A stretch of 63,285 nucleotides of DNA, counting the filler, from Welwitschia mirabilis (Eukaryota): assembly GCA_051453625.1 (NCBI GenBank). It is 5 parts of one record of this genome, joined end to end, with 100 filler letters (N's around TTAATTAATTAA, not from the genome) between each part and the next. Parts side by side here need not be neighbours in the genome. Positions count along the whole stretch, not along the records: positions 5,171 to 22,269 come from JBOZIK010000001.1; positions 22,370 to 54,067 come from JBOZIK010000001.1; 3 more parts are not named here. One strand, given 5' to 3'. Numbering within the stretch: position 1 is the first letter of the stretch; every line of letters begins with the position of its first letter. A program made the translations under genes and the position numbers. The notes under the pieces were generated by a model. It was not told the origin of the DNA and searched no databases. It was given only the letters and a program-made list of their open reading frames with translations. Positions 12,083 to 25,051 of the stretch are shown in pieces.

Positions 12083-14040
12083 CGTCACATCCAGATTTTT
12101 CAAGTCTAAGGATTTAGCTTAAAAATTTAATTAAAATAGTTTTATAGAGTCCTAAAGCTAATATAGATATTGTGTTTATTAAGATAACATTGTATTATGG
12201 AAAATTTTGTACTTTTAAGTCTTTCATTTTGTAAAATTCCATAATATTATTTTATAATCCTCAAGAATGATCTTTAATGGTTACATTAATATTAGTTTTC
12301 TTATGTGTTTATTGCATTCTTCTTGATTTTACATGGAAAAATATTGTTATATATGCTCAAGTTAGTTAAATTATTACATGTTTGTATTCTAAGATTTTTA
12401 GTGGTGAAATTTTTATTATGAAAATTTTATGCAATAATACATCACATTTTGTAGTAGTTATAATATTGCCTTGTTGAAAATTTTATGATTTAATTAGGAC
12501 CTTTGAGGTTAAAATTATTGAACTATTGCACTTAAATCTGAAGAATAATCTAAATGTGGCTTTGTAAATCTTGTGTTATTGTAAAAATTTCATAAGGATC
12601 ATTGTTATTTATTCTTAAGACATAAATGCACCTAGTGACTTGGCAAGGAATGGAATAAAGGTGGTAACTAAATTTTTACCTACTTTTGCCACCTCGACCA
12701 TCCTTCTTTATGATGTTTATCTTCATATTCTCATGATCCTTCACCTTCCACCAAACCTCAGTTATAAATAGGACCCTCTTTCCTTTTTTCCCTCACTTTC
12801 ATTTTTGGAGAAGCCTTCACTATCGAACTTTGGAGCTGGGATAAGCCTTTGAACCTTTAATCCTTAGAATCTTTGAGAGTTCTTGGATCTTCGTTTTAAT
12901 TCGGGTATGGTTTCATTCCATTCTTACTTCTTTGTTGGTCCTTTCCTTATAAGAATTTCTTTTTTGTATCTCTATTGTATCTATTTTCTTCTAAATATTA
13001 TAATGAAGCTAGACATGTGTATTATTGCTACCGAATAGATGCATTATAAATCTTAGCTTCTACTATTTTTTTCTTGACGAAATCTTCATGAATGTAAATC
13101 CAAGTTGTCTTGTTAAGGATTTATGTTTTGCTGTGATACCTTTCTCATACTTCTCTTGATGTCTTGGTTTCTTATAGTCTTATGAAATGAGTTTTCCATC
13201 AATCGAGCAATGAAGCAGTGGAAAGTGAGGATCCATAAATCGCCACATGAGGTAATGGGATTGATTGATTGATTGATTGAGTGTACCACAGACTGTCAAA
13301 TGAGGCAGTGGACTCCACAGATCACCGAATGAGGCAATGGAGTAAGAGAACACATTAATATTACAAGAAATCCACAGATAGCCAAGAGAGGCAGTGAACT
13401 TCACAGATCACCGAATGAGGCAGTGGAGGAAATTGAAAAACATATATATGATGATGAAAAATTATTTGGAAAACTAGTTATTTCTAATGTCATTTCCATA
13501 AGATCATCGTAGAAATTTTTTCATTCTTGCTCGTTAATCTTAAAACTCAAAACCTTAATATCTTAATCTTGACTTGTCATGGATCATACTGGGAACTGTA
13601 AAGGTTATAGTTCTCACACCATTCTATTTGTGTTTAACAGGTGGTTGAGTGGAGCATAGAAAAAAGCTGATTTGTCTTACCAAAGAGGGCATTTGAAAAT
13701 GTTGATTCTTCTAGAATAAGCATGAGAAATTGTTAAAATGGAGTGTTTTGTGCATCCTTGTAACTTATAATCTATTATATCATGTAATTAACTATTGAGA
13801 CATGATGTCAATATGATATTTGTATTATTTTGGAGATTAAGAAGAATTTATTTTCTCTTGTGTTAAGCATTATGTGAATTATTAACTTTTTTTTACCTTC
13901 AAAAGTTACTTAAGAATGTGTTTTTGTGTGCTTTTAGATTTATTTAATAATTGTTGGCTTAAATATTTGATAGAAGCATTTGTGAAAGTTAAAGCTGTTA
14001 GTTGTGAAATCTTAGGATGTTAAAGATTTGGTATCAGAGC
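12083..14040 (+). mobile_element. Gypsy (Tekay-type) ~1.9-kb LTR followed by tRNA-iMet PBS; internal region missing
   Basis: Degenerate terminal inverted repeats CGTCACATCC (12083) and GGATGTTAAA (14015-14024), TATAAATAGG at about 12763, and canonical PBS TGGTATCAGAGC at 14029-14040. Confidence 0.7.
13204..13428 (+). repeat. ~29-bp degenerate tandem repeats inside the LTR, plus a (GATT)n run
   Basis: CCACAGATCACCGAATGAGGCAGTGGA-like unit, 4 clear and about 2 degenerate copies. Confidence 0.85.
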
Positions 14041-15639
14041 TACATAAAGTTTTAAAGTTCGAAAATTAGGTTGTTACACATTTTCATCTCATCTGATTTA
14101 TGTTTACCACTTTTTGGCTATCTTTACCTCCTAAAAGGGTTTGTTTTAGGGGGGCTTTCACCTACTTGAAATTATGCTATCAGTTATAAATAGAATTGGG
14201 CCTTTTCTTGTAGGAAAAAAAAGAAAAGAAAAGAAAAGGGGGAAAAAGGAAAAAGAAAAAGAAAAAGTCTTACTTATGAACCTAACTTGTTTTTTTGTTC
14301 TTTTGCTTTGTTTACTAATGTAAGCTAATATAGAATGACTACTAAAGATGTTTGAGTACTTATTAAAAATAGATTATTATAATACTACTTAGATAGTAAT
14401 TTTAACAAACAATATAGTTAATATTAGTGCATAGTGCCATTTGGTTAATTACTTGTTCACCAAATATGTTGTAGTACCCTCCTTAATCTTAGTGCTTGCT
14501 TAAGAGTTGAATGTACTTCTTATGATTGAATCATTTCACTATTAATCATTAATCATTAAAAAATAATTACAATAATTTTACTAGTTTGCTTAAGTTGGGT
14601 GTTGGACAATCCATATGCAAAAGTGGGGGTTACAAGTTGAGGATGCATATTAGGTTTTCTTTGGAATGATGATAATAAGGAATGAGAGTGAGAATGGTAA
14701 CTTGTGAAAGAATAATGTGTAATGATTTTCCATTATTATTGATAGAATTCTTCTAACTCACCCCATAGGGATGTGACTTCCAATAACAACATTTTTCTAT
14801 TGTTAGCATCCCCCATGTAAATATTAATAATGCATTACTTTGTGAATAGAGACATTGTAAAACCAAGACATGTAATATACTTGAGTACCCATTGAAAAAA
14901 ATTGAATGAGAATGTATTAAATCAAATATCGTAATTTTCCTTAGATTTAAACTTTAATTAGTTTAATATTGTTTCAAAACTAATAGTATGGATAAAGAAT
15001 CCAAAATTCTCCTAGATTCATAATTCCATGTATGACAAAATGTCTTTATTTTTTAGACTAAAGAAATCAATCTACAAGTGTTATTCTAAATGAATATGCA
15101 TAGAGGAATGAATAACAAGAAGAGGTAAATTTGAAAATATGGTTTACTTTTACAAAACCTAACTTAAGAAACAATACGCAGAGACATGTATTCATTATCT
15201 TTCCACTTAGGCTAAATATAGTACTATGCATTACTTTAATGGCTATAAATTAATAAAAGAATATAGTAGATGGATTATTTTTATACCAGACAAAAATTGT
15301 GAAATAGAAATAGAAAAAAATGTGAAATGGTTCATCTTTTTAATGAATTTACTCAATACTACTAGTTAAAGATTATTCATTTTCTTTCTTCTGTGCTCTA
15401 GTTTTTACTTTGTTTGATTCATTATTTAATACTAATCTCAGGTATGCATCATCTTCCTCTTCCATTATGTATGGACATAATATAAATTTTTATTTTTAAG
15501 TCCTTATTAAAATCGAGAACAAAAATTCTCTAAGTCATATATTCATCATAATAATAATAATATTTAATTAAGTAAGCAATGAAAATGTGTAAATCTAACC
15601 CACATAAAGATTAGAAATTTTCTTTTTAAACAAAAAAAA

Positions 15640-18300
15640 TCAACTTATTTTTTTAAAAAGATTTTAAAAACTCTTAGTATAATTAAAGTAGTGATATATA
15701 GTCCAAAGTCATCACTCAATATTCTTCACCAGTGCTTTTGTATGCAGAGTGGTCTCCATTAGTCACTTTTGGAGTGCTTTACTTAAAATGCATCTTAAGG
15801 GATATATAAATAACTCCGTTAATTTTTTAAAAACATTAAATAAAATTTTGTGGGTAATCAAAAATAATCATTATGAGGAATAGCAAGTTTTTAAAAATTT
15901 TATAATGATTACTAATTTTTACATATTTTATTGATATTAAATGAAAGCTCCTTTTAAAAGTGCTTGTTTTTATTTTTCATATCAATAAAAATAGGAAAAT
16001 TAAAGTTACGCTTTAATTTTGTATTTCAAAATAAAAACAAAAAATATATTTTCCACTTCTTAAATAAGTGGGGGTTCGCAGCAGCTTTACAAATGTTTTT
16101 GGTTATCAATTTTCAAGGAAGGGAAGATGGTTAAGCAGTCTATGGTATGTAACCTTATAGTGGTAAGTAAAACAAGTTTACTACTTATTGTTATTCTCTT
16201 ATATATTTGTTAAATATATTAGAATTTTTATTAAGATTTAAAATAATAAAGCTTCTATGTTTAATAATATAATTATTATAAATTTCTTTTTAAGTATTGA
16301 TTAATTCTCTTTCTCTTCACCACCAAAATGACTCACTTAGATGTGTCTTTTGCTTAGTCTGCTTGTTGATTTCTTTTCACTAGGCTAGGGGACATAGAGA
16401 AATAGACTTAGGCATTTTTGTTTTTGCTATCTTAGTTGATAATAAATGAAGTTAGGCATTTTTGTTTTTGCTATCTTAGTTGATAATAAATGAAGCAAAA
16501 TCATCAATTAATTTTATAAAAGGAATATAAATTTTTAATTTTGTTTTTTTTTCTTTTTCATGTTTTAAACAATTATTTTTGAAAAATTATCACACTACCT
16601 TATACGTCCTTATCAAGAATGTTCAATTATTAATTACTAATCATTAATCACTAGTGACATCAATCTTATCAAATCAATGGTGTTGGAATTGTTCTCAATA
16701 GCATAAAGCTTACCAACTCATTAACATAATTTTAATCTGGAGTTAGAGTTTTATATTCCATTACTTCTTCTATAGACAATGCTAAACAACACTTTTTTTA
16801 ATTTTAGTTATAATTAAACTATAATTTAAAGTTTGTTATATAATATTATTGATCAAAGAATGTCTAACTCAAAACTAAACTCATAGCTATTATACCTGAC
16901 CATGCGAGTACAATTACCATGATCATCAAATGAATGATATAATAAAAGGAAGGGGTCCATACCAAAGTGATATAATTAAAGGAGGTGCTTAAGGTCCAAA
17001 GTCATCACTTTGTATTATGCCCTAATGATTTATTATGAACAATGAACTGCATTAATCACTTTTTTGAGGTTTCCACTTAAAATGAAAATGTCAAGGATTA
17101 AACAAATACATAGGTAAGTTTTCTTGAATTTAATTCTTTTACTAAAGATTTATGGGTAATCAAGATTTAATCTAGTCATTAATTCAAATAGCAAATTTTT
17201 AGATTTCTAATAATAATTATTGATTTTCACATATTTTAGAACAAAGCTTCCTTAAACATGTGTCATTCTATTTGTCTTATCAACCCTAAAACTTAGGGAA
17301 AATAGTTAAGACTTTTATCAAGTAATTTGAAATATGGAAAGTTTACTTTGTAAGAAGTTTTATTTTAAGCTTTTTATTTGGTGATAATTCCTATCCTTAT
17401 AACTAGGGTGCTTAACAATCTAGAGTGTTTTTAGTTATCAATTTGGAAGCTAAGGAAAATAGCTAAGTTGTCTATGGTACAAGTCATTTTCGTTGGTTAT
17501 GTAAATTTGCAATGTTAAGTAAAACAAGTTTACAATTTATTATTATTCTTTTATGTATTTTTTACACATAGTAACATTCTGTATTGCTTTTGAATGTAAT
17601 AAAGTTTTGATGGTTAGAAAATATAAGTATTAGTTATTTTATTTTTAATAGTTGAGCAATTTTTTAATTTTTGTATAAATCATTCTTAGGGATTTTGCAT
17701 TTCAAGGGATAGGGAAAAGTATTAGGTTACTCAATAAGTGACATAGCATTAGCATGAAGGATGTTAACAGATCTACCACCACACTAGGGAGTTGAAGTGT
17801 TTTTATCAATCACAAACACCTACGAGAAATATAGGCTTAAGAATATTCATGTGAGTGATGATGGATATTTGCCAAAACATAGCTTTCCCTTTTGTGAGTG
17901 TTTTTAAAGTGGGTTAAAAAGAGATTGCCTTGTCAATGATGAAAAAGATATGCCCTTTCATAGATACATCTCTTTTACATACTATACTTCCAAAATATCT
18001 CACTTGGCTCTATCTCCTCTATTCAATCTTATTGTTAATTTTCTCTTAAGAAGATGAGAGAAACAAATAAATGAGTTGGCACGTTTGTTCTTAGTATCTT
18101 AGTTGATAATAAATTAAGCAAAATCATTAATTTTATAAAAGGAATATTGATTTTAGTATTGTTTTTCAGTTTGGTCACTTAGTCATGTTTCAAAACATAA
18201 AGCTGATTTGCACAAGCTTTAAGTGTTGATCACGAATCATTAATTGGTAGTGATATCAATCATATTAAATCAATGGTTTATTCTCAATTGTGACACAAAG
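15640..18300 (+). repeat. Degenerate ~1.6-kb repeat units (copy set 2, about 2 units)
   Basis: GTCCAAAGTCATCACT occurs at about 15701 and 16994. Shares motifs with 7025-8960. Contains an internal 44-bp duplication at 16408-16494. Confidence 0.75.
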
Positions 18301-18479
18301 ATTTCAAGCCATTTGCAATCTCATCATAAGATTGCTAGGAGCCTATAAATGAATTAATTATCTATTAACATTAGTGATAAAATTACTATGAGTAAAATCC
18401 TTAATAGTAGGGTGAAGCTTACTAAATCATTAACATAATTACCTCGAGCTAGATTGAACAATAACGAATTCAGAGGATT

Positions 18480-21400
18480 TTGGCACAAGGTTAGAGTACC
18501 AATTTCAACATAGCATCTGCTTTTCTTTCTGCAATTTTGATCTTTTCTTTCGATCCTTTTTCAAATGAGTGAAGAGGACCTAAACGATTCACCCAACTCG
18601 CATATCCTAACTGTGGATGAAGTGGAATTGCTAGATGGTATGACTCATCAATCTGAGATAATATCCTATTGAAAATCAATGTTCATCTATTGTTAATGGC
18701 AATAAATGCAAATTAAATGATTTAGGAAATGGTTCTATGTGATTTTATTTTACATAAAGAATTATCTGATAAATACTCCCAAGATTTCTCCTAGTGTTAT
18801 ATCTTTCTTTAGGTTTTGGGTCATATCTCACACTCATCTTCTCCTATCCTACAAATCAGATTTATTTTGGTAAAACACATTTGATATTTTATGTGAATCT
18901 TTTCTTTCCTTGAACTAGTAGATAGTTCAATGGGAACTTAATTTCAATGTTAATGATCCTAATAGTTCTTTGTATGGTTAAACTTCCAAATATTCCTTGG
19001 ATTTTTAACCATCAAAGCAAATGATTGTTGGCCTTCTTGGGACTATTCTTCATTTTGAAGAATGAGTTTTTTTTTCCCCCCTTACTAAAGGTGTTTCTCA
19101 ATTATACCTTACTGATGTAAATCTTCCTAAGAGAAAGAAAAACCTCAGGTTAAAAGTAGGAGTGTTATATACTATAACCTGTGATTTATTTTAGTCTACT
19201 AAATTCCTATGATTATTACCATCATAAAGCTTACCTTTTCAAGACTTTTCTAAAGAAAAATAAGAAGTGGATCTTCTTGACAGTATGTAAATGCTTCAAG
19301 ATAGACATGTCATACTCTAAATATTTTTCATAAAGGTATTCTAAATTCATCTAAAACTCCTATTGTAGATGAAGATGGTTTTACTTTAATGAATCTAAAA
19401 AATGAGATTAGTGGTAGTCATCTTAAGAAGCTAAAATAGAAAGGAAAAGATATATTTCATCCTATTTTAGGAAATTTATCTTTAAATAATATTTCTACTT
19501 CCAATACTATATTTTTGCATTCTTTTTTAGGTATAGATGTTGATTGACAACTGAATATCAATTTATCAAAGATTAAAGGGGGTATTCTGCATTCCACTCC
19601 TCATGATTATATTTTTATCAATGTACAAGGCATATATATATATATATATATATATATAGAAAAAAAATGTAATAGTATTTATCTTTGTTTCTATTGCATC
19701 TACTCACTTTATTTTTCTTCAAGAAGTTAAGATTTCATCTTCAAATATGGATTTTTCTTACCATATTTTATCCATAATGGATTTCATATTTCCATTCTTC
19801 ATTCTACAGATAGAAGGGATGTTTTGATTATTTTCTATCCGAGATGAAAGCCATCCTTACAATTAGTAATCAAAGGTTGTTTGATCTACCTTTGCTTCTA
19901 ATTTTAAAAATTTTGGTATTTATCTCATTTATGCTCCTAATAATTCTAAGAGTCATTGCATTTTATGATAAGAATTGTTCAAACTTCCTAGAGTTCCTTT
20001 GATCTTTGAAAGTAATTTTAATACGTTAGATCCCTCAAATGATAAAAGAGGTAGTATTTTTCGATCTATGAGGCTTTAGAACTTTTGGCTTAGATGACTT
20101 TTGAGGAGCAAGTTTGTTTAATTCATAAAGGAACTCAATTTAACTCCACATCTGCTTAATTGGCCTTTACTTGGAGTAATTACAGGCCTATTCTACTTGT
20201 ATTAGATTAAATCATATCTATGTTTTAGCTATTTCCTTTTGATCTACTCATTTCACTTCTAGAGCATACAATTCTCTCTAATCACTTTCCAATCTTCTTG
20301 GATATTAACTTTCACAGCAATAATCATTTCAAAAATTAACTCCTCTTTTAATTACACTGTCAAGCATTTAGTTGAAAAGATGAGAAAGAGTGGCTTTAAG
20401 ATTTTATGGAATGCAGAGCCTCATTCTCCTCACTGTTTTTTTANNNNNNNNNNNNNNNNNNNNNNNNNNNNNNNNNNNNNNNNNNNNNNNNNNNNNNNNN
20501 NNNNNNNNNNNNNNNNNNNNNNNNNNNNNNNNNNNNNNNNNNNNNNNNNNNNNNNNNNNNNNNNNNNNNNNNNNNNNNNNNNNNNNNNNNNNNNNNNNNN
20601 NNNNNNNNNNNNNNNNNNNNNNNNNNNNNNNNNNNNNNNNNNNNNNNNNNNNNNNNNNNNNNNNNNNNNNNNNNNNNNNNNNNNNNNNNNNNNNNNNNNN
20701 NNNNNNNNNNNNNNNNNNNNNNNNNNNNNNNNNNNNNNNNNNNNNNNNNNNNNNNNNNNNNNNNNNNNNNNNNNNNNNNNNNNNNNNNNNNNNNNNNNNN
20801 NNNNNNNNNNNNNNNNNNNNNNNNNNNNNNNNNNNNNNNNNNNNNNNNNNNNNNNNNNNNNNNNNNNNNNNNNNNNNNNNNNNNNNNNNNNNNNNNNNNN
20901 NNNNNNNNNNNNNNNNNNNNNNNNNNNNNNNNNNNNNNNNNNNNNNNNNNNNNNNNNNNNNNNNNNNNNNNNNNNNNNNNNNNNNNNNNNNNNNNNNNNN
21001 NNNNNNNNNNNNNNNNNNNNNNNNNNNNNNNNNNNNNNNNNNNNNNNNNNNNNNNNNNNNNNNNNNNNNNNNNNNNNNNNNNNNNNNNNNNNNNNNNNNN
21101 NNNNNNNNNNNNNNNNNNNNNNNNNNNNNNNNNNNNNNNNNNNNNNNNNNNNNNNNNNNNNNNNNNNNNNNNNNNNNNNNNNNNNNNNNNNNNNNNNNNN
21201 NNNNNNNNNNNNNNNNNNNNNNNNNNNNNNNNNNNNNNNNNNNNNNNNNNNTAATGTAATTATGCAACTTCTATTTGGTTATAGGTGTCCTGAGGTTTGC
21301 AAGGTTTCAAGATATATTGGAAAAACATTTTTCTCTGTAATAAGCCTCCTCTACATCCTCCTTAGCTCTTTTACATTCGCCCTCTTCTACTATACCAAAC

Positions 21401-21800
21401 ATGTAGACATGGTTGTGTAATAACTTTCCATAAAGAAGATGCTTACTATGATTTTTCTTATGTTGAAAAGGCTTATTTTCTTCATCAAGTATTTTTCAAA
21501 TTAAAAGTGTAAGCTGAACAAACTCATCTTAAAGTTCGTTGCTTACTCCAATTTCTGATACACTAGGCAAATGATCTTTCACTATCTTATAGGCATTTAT
21601 CCCTCCAATGACACTCTACTTATCTCTCCAACTATATCCTAATATTATTAGCCTTCAGTAATTTGATCATTTTGTTTCTTTCCATGTGTTATAGTGTTTT
21701 CTAAGTTATGAACCTTTGTAGGATTTCATCTCTCATTCTTGTCCTTATTTTGCAATCATTTGCCGTTTCTTGAATCATGATGGTGTTTAATAAGAATATT
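18480..21800 (+). mobile_element. Decayed L1-like LINE (ORF1 relic, APE endonuclease, gap, 3' region); boundaries approximate
   Basis: APE motifs in order: IYAPNN (~19927), a GDFN-like SNFN (~20010), FTWSN (~20166), an RLDR-like segment (~20202), and LSNHFPI for LSDHxPI (~20274). Confidence 0.75.
19632..19658. repeat. (AT)n microsatellite
   Basis: Direct reading of about 13 AT units. Confidence 0.95.
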
Positions 21801-24800
21801 TTTATTCAAGGTCTCCATCCACCCCACACCACCTCATGCTTCCTTCAAGCTGGATTGCTACATTTCAATTGCCTTTTATGTAGATAACACTTAAGAAAAG
21901 ATTATTTTGGATAAATGACTTATTTCATTAAATTTGTTTACAATTAGAGTCCAACTTAAAAAGTCCTTATATAAAATCATCAATTATTGTTTAAATAACT
22001 GTTACAAATAAATATAAAGGAATGATCCTTAAACAAGGAAATGATGTCTTAATTATTTGATAGTCTTTAGTTAAATGCTAAAAAGAACATATTAACATTC
22101 TATGATAAGGAGTATGTCAGATCACATTACAACATTATAGATAATTACAAATGACTAGATTGATGCCATTGGAACTTCTAAGGAAGTAACCATCCTTATT
22201 TGTATCCACTAGTTCAAGGTTGTCAATTTATTTTTTAAAACAATTTTTCTCCTAAAAGTTAATGAAAATNNNNNNNNNNNNNNNNNNNNNNNNNNNNNNN
22301 NNNNNNNNNNNNNTTAATTAATTAANNNNNNNNNNNNNNNNNNNNNNNNNNNNNNNNNNNNNNNNNNNNCATGGTTATTCCATAATATTCAAGCTTTGCT
22401 TAGCTAGTTATTAATTTGCTAGAAGCCCATACTAAACCTTTCACATGCAATGGGTACATGAGTTAGATTTGAAATACCCACAACTCCCCCAACCACAAAA
22501 ATATGGTTGAGGTGCCCTGAACTCTAAATTGTAAACCCAGGGTTGACCCCTTTTTAAATGTCACAATTAAAATGTTTCTTTCCTACTCAAAGCATATCAA
22601 TGAAGGCATTTTGCATGTGCTCTTTCCTATTAATGCCATCAATGAAGACATTTTGCATGTGCTCCTTCCTGTAGGAATAATGTGCTTAAGGACAATAGCC
22701 ACCTCTTTCCAAGGTTTGACTAAAAGCATTGCTGACATCCCTTTGGAATTATGTCGTTGGACCAACTGTCATCTTTATCAATATTTGACTTGAAGCACTG
22801 CATCACATGAAGCTTGGCAAACTCGGCATTTCCATCTGAAATGTTGATATGTCTTGGCATTCATTATGGTGTGGACAATGTGGGACAAGAAGTCCAATTT
22901 GATGGCCACTCACCGACAGGCAACCCATGGAAGAGAAAATGATAGAAATGGATAGCATGTGGGTTTGGGACATAAAATGCAATTTTCTGGACACTTATCA
23001 ACAAGCAACCCTTCGTTGACAAAATGCTACAAATCAACCTGAACATTATAAACATGATGCAATAGAGGAGAAAATTTAAAGGCGGAGTCCAACGACCAAA
23101 CACCCACCATTTTTTGGCTAAACTAGACACTTGATCATTCACGTTTCTCAATTTGGTAGGAATGATGCTCAGGAGAGAGGATTTAGTACTCTAGACCTAG
23201 AGAGAAATAGCATAGTCATCATTCCTTTAAACTGAAGGAGCCTCTAAATAGTTCTACGCACAGCTTCAAGATAGGTCTTCTAGTATCAAGTCTTTTCCTG
23301 AGTGTGTCCATAGAATATCCTATCGAGGCTGTCCAGAATATGACCGAGTAGATTTTCTCTGAACAGCAATAATTGTACACTGAGAATTATCACAAACAAA
23401 TCACTTGAGGAAACACCAAACAACAGTGCTACAAAGAATTTGTTTAGATGTCAGTGCAGTGACCCAACTGCATTATTTCTAAAGGTGCTTTAGGGTTCTA
23501 GTGCTTCCTGAATTCCAGAATTCCTTGCAGTATTAAGGGTGGAAGCTTGATAAATCATGATTGTTGCAGTATGTTTAATAACAACTATTCTGTCAGTAGA
23601 GTACATTTCCTCTGCTTCCAAGTAAGAAATTTGTTCTAGCTAATTGTAATAGAAGCATTCTAGGATATGCCTAGCCCTGAAAAGGACCATGCCACTTCTA
23701 ATTAAAAAAGATGACCCCAACAACAGGTTCTTGGCCAATCTTATAAATAGCCTGACTGTCATTATCATTAAACATCTGATCCAGATGATTTGTAGTATTG
23801 ATTAATGGTTTAAGAAACCATATGTAACATTATTATGATTCTCTTGAAGAGAAAAGGAGGTTTTTTTGGCACGGTGGTGGATAACTGTGCCCATGTCATG
23901 GCCAAGAATAGTAATTTCCTGAAATTTTCGCTTCTCCATCAATATTCTAAACAAGGTGGTAAGATGAAGAATTGTAAGGACAAGCAAATAAAGAGCTAAC
24001 GAAAAGCCTTAGTGCAGAGACCCCTTCTAGAATGATAGGATTAGCAGTAACCCAATTCCCAATATTTTTTTGCTTAGACATTCACAAGAACAAATTGAAT
24101 ATGTTGATACAAGTCATATTCTAATCCCATTTTTCCAATAACTGAAAGGAAGTTTGTGTAGCTTATGTGATCATTAACTTTACACTGTATGATGGACGAT
24201 ATACATAAAAATGTTCACTTACACACAATAAGGAAAATCAGGTTTTTGTTTTGAAATCATCTCCCATGTAGGCACAACTACATCATTCTTGAATTTACTT
24301 GAATTGAAGCTGTCTATTTTTTTCCAAAAATTCTCTGGAGTTCTAAAGGAAACCAACTAAAACAATTGGATTTTCACCCATTGAAACGAGTTATCTTGAA
24401 ACCTGTGTACATGCAAAATGAAAATTGACCTACTATACATTAAGTATCCTGAAAATACCCCCGCTATCATTCCTATTGATAAGCAAGTAAATCTCTCATG
24501 AAATTATGAATGCTGTCAAAATATTCAGTTACTAAAATGGTAGGATGATAGAATACTGAGAATGGTTTTCACTTTTCAATGTATAATGAGAAATGTCGCT
24601 ATGATTTGAATGCAGACAATTGATGAGAACTGCATTTCAATAAGTAACAACAGTTTCAGTGTCTCATCTATTTTTATAAAAAAAGCATTCATCCAGATAT
24701 TGGGTGAATGACACAAATTGATGAAGAGCCAATGACATGCACCATCCCACCAAAAAAACAGCAAAAAAGGAAACCCTGCTACTTAACAACAATACATCTC

Positions 24801-25051
24801 TGCATTTGAGATTAAAAGAACAGATGGCACATGAAAGATATACAGGTAACCCAAGTAGTTGATCCATCAGTTCCACTAAGCATCACTTCAAATAGTAGAG
24901 TTACTAACCTAGAGATACATTAAAAATATAAAACAGACCTAGCAATTTAGTAATGAAGAGAAGGTTTTTCACATGTCGTTATTCTGGTCGTTTCAAGTTC
25001 ATCAATCTATCTATAAAATACATAAAAGCCCAGATAAAACTCCAAATCCTT

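Noticed and set aside
13204..13428. CRISPR-like ~29-bp semi-palindromic repeats
   Set aside because: Units are mostly adjacent without unique equal-length spacers, there are no cas genes, and they lie inside a plant LTR.
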